From: an uncultured Planctomycetaceae bacterium | GTDB lineage: Bacteria > Planctomycetota > Planctomycetia > Pirellulales > UBA1268 | Assembly (NCBI GenBank): GCA_903877395.1 | Contig: CAIRDU010000526.1 | Span: 1-48,412, forward strand | Reading direction: 5' to 3' | DNA length: 48,412 bases | In this document: positions 26,569 to 35,062 of the stretch, in pieces | How the letters are laid out: every line of letters begins with the position of its first letter | How positions within the stretch are numbered: position 1 is the stretch's first letter | Made by a program: the position numbers and the translations under genes | Notes under the pieces: generated by a model | What the model saw: only the letters and a program-made list of their open reading frames with translations | Told to the model about the DNA's origin: nothing | Databases searched by the model: none

Positions 26569-27387
26569 GTGCAGGCTGAGCCGACGAACGAGCTTCAGTT
26601 GAATCAACCCACGGCTATCGATGGTGCGGCAAACCTGCCGGTGATTGAGGTAATTAACCTCGTGAAGCACTACCGGGCCAGCGACGGCCTCGTCGTCCAC
26701 GCAGTTCGCGATATTTCGTTTGCAGTCCTGCCCGGTGAAATGGTTGGGCTGTTGGGGGCCAACGGCGCTGGCAAAACAACGACCCTCCGCGTGCTCGCTA
26801 CGTTGCTGCAACCCACCTCCGGCACGGCCCGAGTAGTTGGCCGCGATGTGCAACGCGATCCGGTTCACGCACGGCGGCAGTTGGGCTATGTATCGGCCAC
26901 CACAGGCGTGCCAGACCGGCTGACCCCCACCGAGATTCTCCGGTCATTTGGCCGCCTGCACGGTCTGAAAGGCGATCTTCTAGCCGCTCGCGTGGTGCAA
27001 CTCATAGAGATTTTAGACCTGTCGTCATGCGCGCATCGGCCGGCAGGCAGGCTGTCGTCCGGCCAGCGGCAGCGCGTCTCGCTGGGGCGGGCGATGGTTC
27101 ACGATCCGCCGGCGTTGGTGCTCGACGAGCCGACCAATGCATTGGATGTGCTTGGGTCGCGCGACCTGCTGGCGTTCCTCTCAACCCTGCGCAGCGCCGG
27201 CCGGGCCATTTTGCTTTCGACGCATCGTCTGCACGAAATCGAACATCGCTGCCAGCGGTTTGTTGTCATCCATGGCGGGAGGGTGGTGGCCGAGGGCACG
27301 CGGGAAGCACTCGTTGGCCCTGGGGGCGGCGAACTGGAAGAGGCCTTTTTTCGAGCCATCGCACCGGCGGAAACGATGGCCTCATGA
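26569..27387 (+). CDS. ABC transporter ATP-binding protein (ABC-2/NatA-like)
   Basis: Walker A is GANGAGKTT, the signature motif is LSSGQRQRV, Walker B is LVLDEPTNALD, and the H-loop is STHRL. GTG start 1 nt after the frr stop. Confidence 0.9.
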   Translation: MQAEPTNELQLNQPTAIDGAANLPVIEVINLVKHYRASDGLVVHAVRDISFAVLPGEMVGLLGANGAGKTTTLRVLATLLQPTSGTARVVGRDVQRDPVHARRQLGYVSATTGVPDRLTPTEILRSFGRLHGLKGDLLAARVVQLIEILDLSSCAHRPAGRLSSGQRQRVSLGRAMVHDPPALVLDEPTNALDVLGSRDLLAFLSTLRSAGRAILLSTHRLHEIEHRCQRFVVIHGGRVVAEGTREALVGPGGGELEEAFFRAIAPAETMAS

Positions 27388-29636
27388 ACAACGAATCCAC
27401 CGGAAACGTCGGACACTGGCGGGCGGCCTTGGCGATTGCCAGTCGCGATTTGCTGGAATTCGTCCGGGATCGTCGCACGCTCTTCATCACCCTCCTGTTG
27501 CCGATGGTCACCTACCCGATCGTGGCACTCTCAAGCGCGTTGGGCTTACGGACTGCTTTGGTCGACATTGAAGCGAGGCAAGCGCCCACCACGCTGACGA
27601 TCGCTTTGTCGGGTGAGGGATCGGTGGCGTTTGCCGTTCGAATTCGAGAGTTTGTGCAAGAAACTCGAGGCCCCCGCACAGGCTGGCCGGCTGCGCTTGA
27701 GTGTAATGTGGAATCGCCACAGGACTCGCGGGCTTTTCTCGACGACGGCGCAGTAGATCTGTGGCTTGAAATTCGGAAAGGGGCTGTCGAGGCTCTGGAC
27801 CAGCAGGAAACGGTAACCGTCGAGGTGCATGCTGGGTCGGTGCATCCTGCGAGCGGTCATGTGCGAGAACAATTTACGGCACTCATGCGCAGCTTCGCCG
27901 ATGGCGTGAGGCGTCAACGGATGGCCCAAGCAGGGCTCCCCCAGAGCGTGCTCGAGCCCCTGCAGTTCACGTTTCTCCAGGAGGGTTCGGGTGCGGCCAG
28001 ATCCATCGACGCGATGCCGATAGAAAATATGGTACCGCAAGTGGCCGGGGCGATCCTCGTGCTTCTGGCGATCTTGACGATGACGGGTGCCTTCTATCCT
28101 GCCATCGATGCGATCGCTGGCGAAAAGGAAAGGGGCACCATCGAAACACTCTTGATCGCCCCCTGTCGCACTCAAGACATTGTGTTTGGAAAATTTCTTG
28201 CGGTCTACGCCATCACGTTGGCGACGCTTGCCGCCAACGTGATCTCGATTGCGCTGACGGCTGCTGTCGGCCTCCGTTTTCTGCCAGCAGGGGCTCTGGA
28301 AAGAATCGATGACATGACGCTGGGAACCGTTGTGACGGTGCTGGCGTTTATGGGCCTTGCAGCACTTGCCGCCGCCACATGCCTGGCAGTCACCACAGCG
28401 TCCACGAGCGCGAAAGAAGCTCAAAACACGCTCACGCCTGTGATTTTGCTGGTGAGCGCGTTGGCTGGGGCCGCCCTGCTGCCCGGGTTACCGGCGCAGC
28501 AGCACGGGGGCGTGCTGGCCGCCGTGCCATTTACTGGGCAGGTGATCGTGGCGAGGGCAGCCATCTCGGGGGTGCGGGCTGCCTCAGCAGAAGCAGGTGT
28601 CGGGGCGGCGCAGGGGAAGCCCGCGATTGCCCTGTCGCTTGCGATTACGCTCTTCTCTTCGGCAAGCCTCGCCTGGCTGTTGCTGCGAGCCACTGCGGCG
28701 ATGCTCGCCGACGAGGAAATCCTGTTTCGCGGTCCCGATACTGCAGGCAGTGTCTTCGCACGGCCCGCCGCACGCACCCGGCCAACCATCGTGCAAGGTG
28801 TGGTGCCGATTGTGGCTGGACTGGCTGCTGTCTGGTATCTCCAAGGGTTTGCCCCCGACGATCTGTTGCTCGCGATTCCACTGCAGCAGGCCACCGCTGT
28901 GCTCCTGCCGTTGGGTTTATCGCTGGGGTGGCAGCGAGTGAATCTGCGGCAGACTTTTCGAATCCAATGGCCCTGTCCTGACGGCCAGTGGTGGCACGTG
29001 GCCGGCTGCACAATCGGGGCTGCGCTCGTGGGCAGCGGACTCTTTGTGTGCGGAGCTGCTGCTCTATTGGCAGTGAAGGGCACGCACGTATCGGCCGAAA
29101 CACAGTTGCTCTCCTCGCGTCTGCTGGGGTTGATGCAAAACCAGCCGTGGTGGCTCTCGTGGAGCCTGATGGCACTGCTACCGGCTGTCTGCGAAGAGTT
29201 GCTGTTTCGGGGTTGGACGCTCTCTGCTTTCGTCGGAAAAGCTCGCCAACGCGAGCGAGTGGTGGGGGCCGTTGTGGTGCAGGCGGCGCTGTTTGCACTG
29301 ATTCACCTGCTCCCGGAGCGAATGCCGCAAACCTTTTTTTTGGGACTGGTATTGGGGTGGATCACGATCACAACGGGTAGCCTTTTGCCGGCGCTCATCT
29401 GCCATGTGGCTCACAACAGTATGCCCCTGATACTCATGGCCGGCATGGCTAACGCAGTCACAGCGACACAGGGTGCGGAGTCTGCCGAGGGCAACGGCGT
29501 GGCCGTTGCAAAGTCGCTGGGACTGCCGGGTGGAATGGTGATGCTTGCGATCGGATGCGTGGCCGTCGGAATGATCTTGATCGGTTGGAGTATGCGAAGC
29601 AGATCCGCCGACGCGATAGAACTCGCAAGCGACTGA
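27384..29636 (+). CDS. ABC-2 type transporter permease fused to a C-terminal CPBP intramembrane protease domain
   Basis: ATG 27384 overlaps the ATPase stop (ATGA). The N-terminal part has the single TM + large loop + 5 TM layout of NatB/ABC-2 permeases (RDLLEFVRDRRTLFITLLLP..). The C-terminal ~230 aa carry CEELLFRGW, ALFALIHL and HVAHNS. The upstream 119 aa in the track ORF (from 27027) overlap the ATPase gene and are rejected. Confidence 0.8.
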   Translation: MNNESTGNVGHWRAALAIASRDLLEFVRDRRTLFITLLLPMVTYPIVALSSALGLRTALVDIEARQAPTTLTIALSGEGSVAFAVRIREFVQETRGPRTGWPAALECNVESPQDSRAFLDDGAVDLWLEIRKGAVEALDQQETVTVEVHAGSVHPASGHVREQFTALMRSFADGVRRQRMAQAGLPQSVLEPLQFTFLQEGSGAARSIDAMPIENMVPQVAGAILVLLAILTMTGAFYPAIDAIAGEKERGTIETLLIAPCRTQDIVFGKFLAVYAITLATLAANVISIALTAAVGLRFLPAGALERIDDMTLGTVVTVLAFMGLAALAAATCLAVTTASTSAKEAQNTLTPVILLVSALAGAALLPGLPAQQHGGVLAAVPFTGQVIVARAAISGVRAASAEAGVGAAQGKPAIALSLAITLFSSASLAWLLLRATAAMLADEEILFRGPDTAGSVFARPAARTRPTIVQGVVPIVAGLAAVWYLQGFAPDDLLLAIPLQQATAVLLPLGLSLGWQRVNLRQTFRIQWPCPDGQWWHVAGCTIGAALVGSGLFVCGAAALLAVKGTHVSAETQLLSSRLLGLMQNQPWWLSWSLMALLPAVCEELLFRGWTLSAFVGKARQRERVVGAVVVQAALFALIHLLPERMPQTFFLGLVLGWITITTGSLLPALICHVAHNSMPLILMAGMANAVTATQGAESAEGNGVAVAKSLGLPGGMVMLAIGCVAVGMILIGWSMRSRSADAIELASD

Positions 29637-29665
29637 AACGCAGGAAAGAACGAAAGGCAGGACAG

Positions 29666-30829
29666 ATGCACCAAAGCATGGCAAGACTCCGACACAATGG
29701 GCGAGCATTGATGCTCTTCATCGGGGCATTCTTGGGCGTATGCGTAGGACTCCAGATCGCCACTGGAGAACAGCCCAACGCGCTCTTGCCGCCGGAACCC
29801 ATTGAAGTGAACGACTCCACCAACGCGATAGACCGCCTTCGGGTGGCCGTCACGCCGATAGCCTCGGTCGTCGAGTGGACTGGCAAACGCCCGACCGGAG
29901 TAGTGATCGACATCTGGAATGAAATCGCCAGACGGATTGGCGTTGCGAGCGACTTTGTACTGGAACCGACGTTCGTTCGGTTGCTTGAGGTGCTGCCTGC
30001 GGGCCAAGCCGATGTGTCGCTCGGTCCATTGGCAATCACAGCAGAACGGGAGCAGATGCTCGACTTCACGCACGCAATTTTTAATTCCGGCATGCGCATC
30101 GCGGTGCGCAATCGCGACAACTCCGGCTTTCTGGCAGCCGTCAAATCATTTCTTTCGTGGCAACTGCTCGAATTGCTTGGATGCGTGATGGCCTTGGCTT
30201 TCTTCACTGGGCACGTGCTGTGGTGGTGTGAACGCCGCGAGAACCCCAATTCCTTTCCCCATCAATATCTGCGAGGCGTTGGGGAGGCGATGTGGTGGAT
30301 CGGTTGCACGATTGTCACTGGCGGATGCGACAATAAACATGTGGGGAGTCCGCTGGGACGCACGATCGCCTTCGGTTGGATGGTCGGCGGGATCGTGCTG
30401 CTGGCATCATTCACCAGCGTGCTCACCGCCACGATGACGGCCGAGCGAGTGGTTGGCACGATTCATGGGCCGCGCGATCTGGCTGGCCGCACCGTCGGCT
30501 GCCAGCAGGCGGCACTGTCGGCAAAGACAGCGAGGCAGCGTGGTGCTCTGGTGCAGGAGTTTCCGACCGTCAAGGAGGCGCTCGATGCGCTGGCACTGGG
30601 AATGGTCGAGGCCGTGGTGGGTGAAAACCAGTCCCTCATGGTTCTTGTGAACCAGCCCAACCGCGTCGGCATGCGATTAGTTGGTCCGATTTTCGAAACG
30701 TTTGACTACGGCTTCGGGGTGCCAACTGGTAGCCCGCTGCGCAAGCGGCTCAACAAGGCCATTCTTCAGATCCGCGAAGACGGCACGCTGGACCGGATCA
30801 AGAGCGAGTGGCTCGGCCAGCACGACTAG
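29666..30829 (+). CDS. Prokaryotic GluR0-type ligand-gated channel: periplasmic binding-protein fold interrupted by an M1-P-M2 pore
   Basis: Signal peptide ALMLFIGAFLGVCVGLQIATG, then SBP lobe 1 (VVIDIWNEIARRIG..DVSLGPLAITAEREQMLDFTHAIF). M1 is LLELLGCVMALAFFTGHVLWW, the pore helix/filter is GEAMWWIGCTIVTGGCDN, and M2 is TIAFGWMVGGIVLLASFTSVLTA. SBP lobe 2 follows (GCQQAALSA..DYGFGVPTGSPLRKRLNKAILQIREDG). No third TM after S2. Confidence 0.7.
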   Translation: MHQSMARLRHNGRALMLFIGAFLGVCVGLQIATGEQPNALLPPEPIEVNDSTNAIDRLRVAVTPIASVVEWTGKRPTGVVIDIWNEIARRIGVASDFVLEPTFVRLLEVLPAGQADVSLGPLAITAEREQMLDFTHAIFNSGMRIAVRNRDNSGFLAAVKSFLSWQLLELLGCVMALAFFTGHVLWWCERRENPNSFPHQYLRGVGEAMWWIGCTIVTGGCDNKHVGSPLGRTIAFGWMVGGIVLLASFTSVLTATMTAERVVGTIHGPRDLAGRTVGCQQAALSAKTARQRGALVQEFPTVKEALDALALGMVEAVVGENQSLMVLVNQPNRVGMRLVGPIFETFDYGFGVPTGSPLRKRLNKAILQIREDGTLDRIKSEWLGQHD

Positions 30830-30835
30830 CGCGGT

Positions 30836-32296
30836 TCAACCAGAAATAAGAATGGCCTTCACCGGCTTGGCCGGCTCCACTCCGGTGAGCTTTGAGTCGA
30901 GGCCTTGGTGTGCGACTGTGAACTTGGCATGGTCGATGCCGAGCAGATGCAGCATCGTGGCATGGAGATCCCGCACATGCACGATGTCTTGAACGGCGTT
31001 GTAACCGAAATCGTCGGTCGCTCCATGTGAAATGCCTCCCCGAATGCCGCCGCCGGCCAGAAGCATGCTGAAGCCCTTGATGTGATGATCGCGGCCGATC
31101 TCCGCTCCCTGGCCTTGCCCCATCGGAGTGCGTCCAAATTCGCCGCCGATAATGACGAGCGTTTCGCTCAAGAGTCCTCGACGCTCCAGATCGGTTAAAA
31201 GGGCAGTCGCCGCCCGATCCGTTGGCGGGCAAATCTCTCGCATGTACTTGTCAATGCCGCCGTGGTGGTCCCAGTCGCTGTGGTACAGGTGCACAAATCG
31301 CACGCCGCGTTCCACGAGCCGTCTGGCCATCAGGCAATTGGTGCCCACGGTCGCCTTGCCAGGCTCCGCTCCGTAGAGCGCGAGCGTCTCAGGTGTTTCG
31401 CTGGAAAGATCAGCCAACTGCGGCACGCTGGTTTGCATTCGGAAGGCAAGCTCATACTGCTTGATTCGGGTCACGATCTCTGGATCGGCAACCGATGCAA
31501 GGCGATGCTGCTCCAAAGCAGCGACCGTGTCGATGAGATCCCGCTGGTGCGAGGACGACACGCCGGGCACATTATTGACATAGTGCACCGGTGATCCAGA
31601 GGTTGAAAACTCCACCCCTTGGAATTGCCCAGGCAAGAAGGCAGAGTGCCACTGTCGGGAGGCGATCGGCTGAGGGTTGCGGCCTACCTTGCTTGTCATC
31701 ACGACAAACCCAGGCAGGTTGTCGGCCTGACTACCGAGACCATAGGTCACCCACGCCCCCATGCTTGGCCTTCCGGAAAGGGCCGTACCGCAGTTCATGA
31801 ATGTGTGGGCCGGGTCGTGGTTGATCTGGTCGGTCACCATCGATCGCACGATCGCATACCGATCGGCCATCGAGCCGAGCATTGGAAAGAAGTCGCTCAC
31901 CGAGGTGCCGCACTCTTTGTGCTTCGAAAACGTGGCACGGGGCCCCAAACAGATGAGCTTCTTCCCTTGCAACTGCGCGATGGGCTGCCCCGCCGTCACG
32001 CTTGCGGGCATCTCTTGGCCGTCCAAACGGGCCAGCATCGGCTTGGAGTCAAAGGTTTCCAGATGGCTCGGGCCGCCGGCCGGACACAGAAAGATGACAG
32101 CTTTCGCCCGGGGCGAATGATGCAGCGGATGGATCGCACCTAAAAATCGATCGCTGGCTAAGCCGCCACTTGTGCTGGACACCGTCGCCGCCATGCCGTC
32201 GCGGGCGAGCAAACCAGCGACAGCAGCGCCACCCAGCGAGAGGCCCGAGCGGCCAAGAAACGTGCGGCGATTGATGCTGGCTGTGGGGTCAAACAT
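30836..32296 (-). CDS. DUF1501 domain-containing protein (sulfatase-like, Tat signal)
   Basis: MFDPTASINRRTFLGRSGLSLGG is Tat-like. Motifs HLYHSDWDHHG and IIGGEFGRTP are present. Start ATG 32296 lies 4 nt after the DUF1553 stop. The track ORF extends to 33058 only by overlapping the upstream gene. Confidence 0.9.
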   Translation of the reverse strand: MFDPTASINRRTFLGRSGLSLGGAAVAGLLARDGMAATVSSTSGGLASDRFLGAIHPLHHSPRAKAVIFLCPAGGPSHLETFDSKPMLARLDGQEMPASVTAGQPIAQLQGKKLICLGPRATFSKHKECGTSVSDFFPMLGSMADRYAIVRSMVTDQINHDPAHTFMNCGTALSGRPSMGAWVTYGLGSQADNLPGFVVMTSKVGRNPQPIASRQWHSAFLPGQFQGVEFSTSGSPVHYVNNVPGVSSSHQRDLIDTVAALEQHRLASVADPEIVTRIKQYELAFRMQTSVPQLADLSSETPETLALYGAEPGKATVGTNCLMARRLVERGVRFVHLYHSDWDHHGGIDKYMREICPPTDRAATALLTDLERRGLLSETLVIIGGEFGRTPMGQGQGAEIGRDHHIKGFSMLLAGGGIRGGISHGATDDFGYNAVQDIVHVRDLHATMLHLLGIDHAKFTVAHQGLDSKLTGVEPAKPVKAILISG

Positions 32297-32300
32297 GAGC

Positions 32301-34751
32301 TTAATACCTTGCGATTGCCTCGTGCATATTGAGAACCACTCTGGCTGCTGCTGTCCACGCGGCCAATTCGACCTGGTCGATTGATGCATCTGAGCGAGCC
32401 ACACCGACAGAAAGCAGTTGAACCGCGGCGTTTGGGTCGGCCTTGAATTCTGCGCGACGCCGCGCGAGGAGACCCTTGACGAGCGATCGCTCGTGCGCGT
32501 CGGGCTCGCGAGAAACAGTCTGCCGCCAGAGGCATTCGATCCGGGAATCATCGGTTGGCCCTCCGGTCGTGATCGCTCTTTCTGCGAGCGTGCGGGCTGC
32601 TTCCACGAATGTCGGATCGTTGAGCAATACGAGCGCCGCCCTCGGCGTGTTGGAGCGCATCCGGGTGGCGGTGCATTCCTCTCGCGATGGCGCATCGAAG
32701 GCAAGGAGTTGCGGATGGAGAAACATCCGCTGCCAGTGAACGTAGAGGCCGCGGCGCCACTGGCGGCTGTCTGTATCAGCTTTGTACTCTCGCTGCGGAA
32801 AATTGAGGTGTTGGTAGTAGCCTGCCGGCTGATAGGGATGCACGCTGGCGCCGCCGAGTTGCTCAACCAGCAGGCCGCTGACATACAAGACAGTGTCTCG
32901 CACGCCCTCTGCCGGCAGCCGCCAGCGGCCCTGCCTCGCCAAGAGCCTGTTATCGGGGTCGCGGGCCAAAAGGCCGGCAGAGGCATTGGAACTCTGGCGG
33001 TATGTGCGGCTGAGCACAATCGTGCGGATGAGTTGCCGGAGATCCCAGTCGCTGGCAACCCATTCCAGTGCTAGGCGGTCCAGTAACGCGGGGTCATCGG
33101 GGGGCTCTCCTTGGCCTCCAAAGTCGCTCGTGCTTCTACATAAGCCGTCGCCGAACAGCAGCGACCAGATTCGGTTGACCATCACGCGGGAGGTCAATTC
33201 GCCACACCCTCCACGCGCCACCGGCGTGATGAGCCACTGGGCCAGATCGGCCCGCGTGGCCCGGTCTTTGGTGTTGAGGCTGCCTAAAAAAACAGGAATC
33301 GCTGGCTGCACAAGAGGGCCCGTTTCGTCCATCCAATTGCCACGATGCAAAATCCGGACATCTCGAGGCGTTGCGAGCGATTGCGTCACCATTACCTCGC
33401 GATTGAGCTGCTTGTGATCGGCCGACAGCTTGAGGAGGAGCGTCCGCTGCGAGATGACTTCCGCAGTTTCCGGCTCTGGCGGCTGTATCGCGGGCGGCAG
33501 CACGTGCGGTGGGAGTTGGTTTTCAAGCGAGTGAATCTGCGACGCCATCTCGGTGGCTTTGGTACGGTCGAACGGGCCGACCACGAGCTTCTCCGGGGCC
33601 CGCGACGCGGGAATCGTGTTGGTGCCGTTTTTAAAATGGCTTTCGTCGTCGATGTCGGCAAAGAATGCGCCGAGCGTGTGAAAATCTTGAGCGGTATACG
33701 GATCGTATTTATGATCGTGGCACTGGCTGCAGCCGACGGTGGCTCCCAGCCACACCCCGGATACGTTGCGAACCCGATCGGCCTGATAGATGGCCCTATA
33801 CTCTTTGGGTTGGAGCCCTCCTTCGTGCGTTGTCTGCAGGAGGCGGTTGTAGGCACTTGCCAGTACTGGATCGTCTGCATGTTCCCCGTCGGCCAGCCCA
33901 ACCAAGTCGCCTGCCAACTGCAATTCTGTGAATCGGTCGAACGGGATGTTGTCCAGAAATGCCTTGATCACCCAGTCGCGATACGGCGAAATACTGTGGT
34001 CTTGATCGCCGTGGTAGCCAACTGTGTCGGCGTAGCGAACTAAATCAAGCCACCAGACCGCCATCCGTTCAGCGTGCCTCGGCGAAGCCAGCAGTCGAGT
34101 TACAAGTGCTTCGTAACGACTGTCGTGTGGATCGCCCAGATAGGCATCCACCTCTGCCGGTGATGGCGGCAGTCCGGTGAGATCAAACGTGATGCGTCGC
34201 AGCAGCGTGAGCGGATCGGCATCGGGAGAGGGGACGAGTCCTTCAGCCTCAAGTCGGCCGATGACAAAGGCATCGATCCAATTGAACGACCAGTCGCCTC
34301 GCTGTGCCAGCGGCGGTGCGTGGCGCTTGGGAGCGACATAGGCCCAGTGCGGCTCATAACGGGCACCCGCCGCAATCCACAGGCCCAGCATTTCCTTCTG
34401 AGCAGCAGCCAGCACATGATTGCTCTCTGGTGGGGGCATCTGTGTATCGGAATCAGTGTCGTAAATCCTAGCAATCAGTTCACTGGCGTCTGGACTGCCC
34501 GGCACAATCGCCACGGCACCACTGTCTAGTTGTGAGGTAGCCGATTCGCGAACATCCAACCGCAGGCCTCCCTGCCGGTTCTGTGCGTCGGGACCGTGAC
34601 AGGCGAAGCAGGTGTGCGAGAGGATCGGCCGGATGTCGCGGTTAAAATCGGGAGCTTTTTCAGTGGCCCACGCAAGAGAGGCCAGAGAAGACGCGCAAAT
34701 CCAAAGCCAAGCCAACCGGCCCCAGATGCCTGCGGGAGGGATCATACGCAT
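32301..34751 (-). CDS. PSCyt/DUF1549/DUF1553 (PSD1) family protein with N-terminal Planctomycete cytochrome c motif
   Basis: Signal peptide, then FNRDIRPILSHTCFACHGPD (CxxCH). 816 aa. It shows the canonical pairing with the downstream DUF1501 gene. Confidence 0.9.
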   Translation of the reverse strand: MRMIPPAGIWGRLAWLWICASSLASLAWATEKAPDFNRDIRPILSHTCFACHGPDAQNRQGGLRLDVRESATSQLDSGAVAIVPGSPDASELIARIYDTDSDTQMPPPESNHVLAAAQKEMLGLWIAAGARYEPHWAYVAPKRHAPPLAQRGDWSFNWIDAFVIGRLEAEGLVPSPDADPLTLLRRITFDLTGLPPSPAEVDAYLGDPHDSRYEALVTRLLASPRHAERMAVWWLDLVRYADTVGYHGDQDHSISPYRDWVIKAFLDNIPFDRFTELQLAGDLVGLADGEHADDPVLASAYNRLLQTTHEGGLQPKEYRAIYQADRVRNVSGVWLGATVGCSQCHDHKYDPYTAQDFHTLGAFFADIDDESHFKNGTNTIPASRAPEKLVVGPFDRTKATEMASQIHSLENQLPPHVLPPAIQPPEPETAEVISQRTLLLKLSADHKQLNREVMVTQSLATPRDVRILHRGNWMDETGPLVQPAIPVFLGSLNTKDRATRADLAQWLITPVARGGCGELTSRVMVNRIWSLLFGDGLCRSTSDFGGQGEPPDDPALLDRLALEWVASDWDLRQLIRTIVLSRTYRQSSNASAGLLARDPDNRLLARQGRWRLPAEGVRDTVLYVSGLLVEQLGGASVHPYQPAGYYQHLNFPQREYKADTDSRQWRRGLYVHWQRMFLHPQLLAFDAPSREECTATRMRSNTPRAALVLLNDPTFVEAARTLAERAITTGGPTDDSRIECLWRQTVSREPDAHERSLVKGLLARRRAEFKADPNAAVQLLSVGVARSDASIDQVELAAWTAAARVVLNMHEAIARY

Positions 34752-34956
34752 GGGGACTCACTGAAACAGATCGGCCGACTGCCAACAGATGCCAACTGAG
34801 AGGGCAACGAAGACACACCATCCTAATTGTAGCATTCGTTTGAAAAAGCCCTTCGCAACGTTTTCCCGTTGTAAAACAGGCATGTTTCGCTACTGCTTTG
34901 CACCCGTCGACTGAAGCAACTGAGACGGCCATGCCGCCCGGGGCACGCATGACTCG

Positions 34957-34985
34957 TTGACGATTCACCGCCGTGAAAGTAGATT
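34957..34985 (+). promoter_or_regulatory. Candidate sigma-70-type promoter for ppdK
   Basis: TTGACG (34957-34962), 17-nt spacer, TAGATT (34980-34985), about 78 nt upstream of ATG 35063. Sequence match only. Confidence 0.35.
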
Positions 34986-35062
34986 CCAACGGCTTGCGAG
35001 CGTTTTTTAGCGTTTTTCTGGCAGAAGCACCGATTCCCACTTTGAAAGGCCTCGATTCGCAC

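Noticed and set aside
27027-27383. 119-codon N-terminal extension of the permease ORF given in the track
   Set aside because: It lies entirely inside the ABC ATPase gene in another frame. The ATG at 27384 gives the usual ATGA coupling and a normal ABC-2 permease N-terminus.
27546-28424. 292-aa minus-strand ORF
   Set aside because: It is antisense to the ABC-2 permease. It is Arg/His/Gly-rich and has no motifs.
32297-33058. 254-codon upstream extension of the DUF1501 ORF (track 30836..33058)
   Set aside because: It overlaps the C-terminal part of the DUF1553 gene in a different frame. The Tat-signal Met at 32296 is the natural start.
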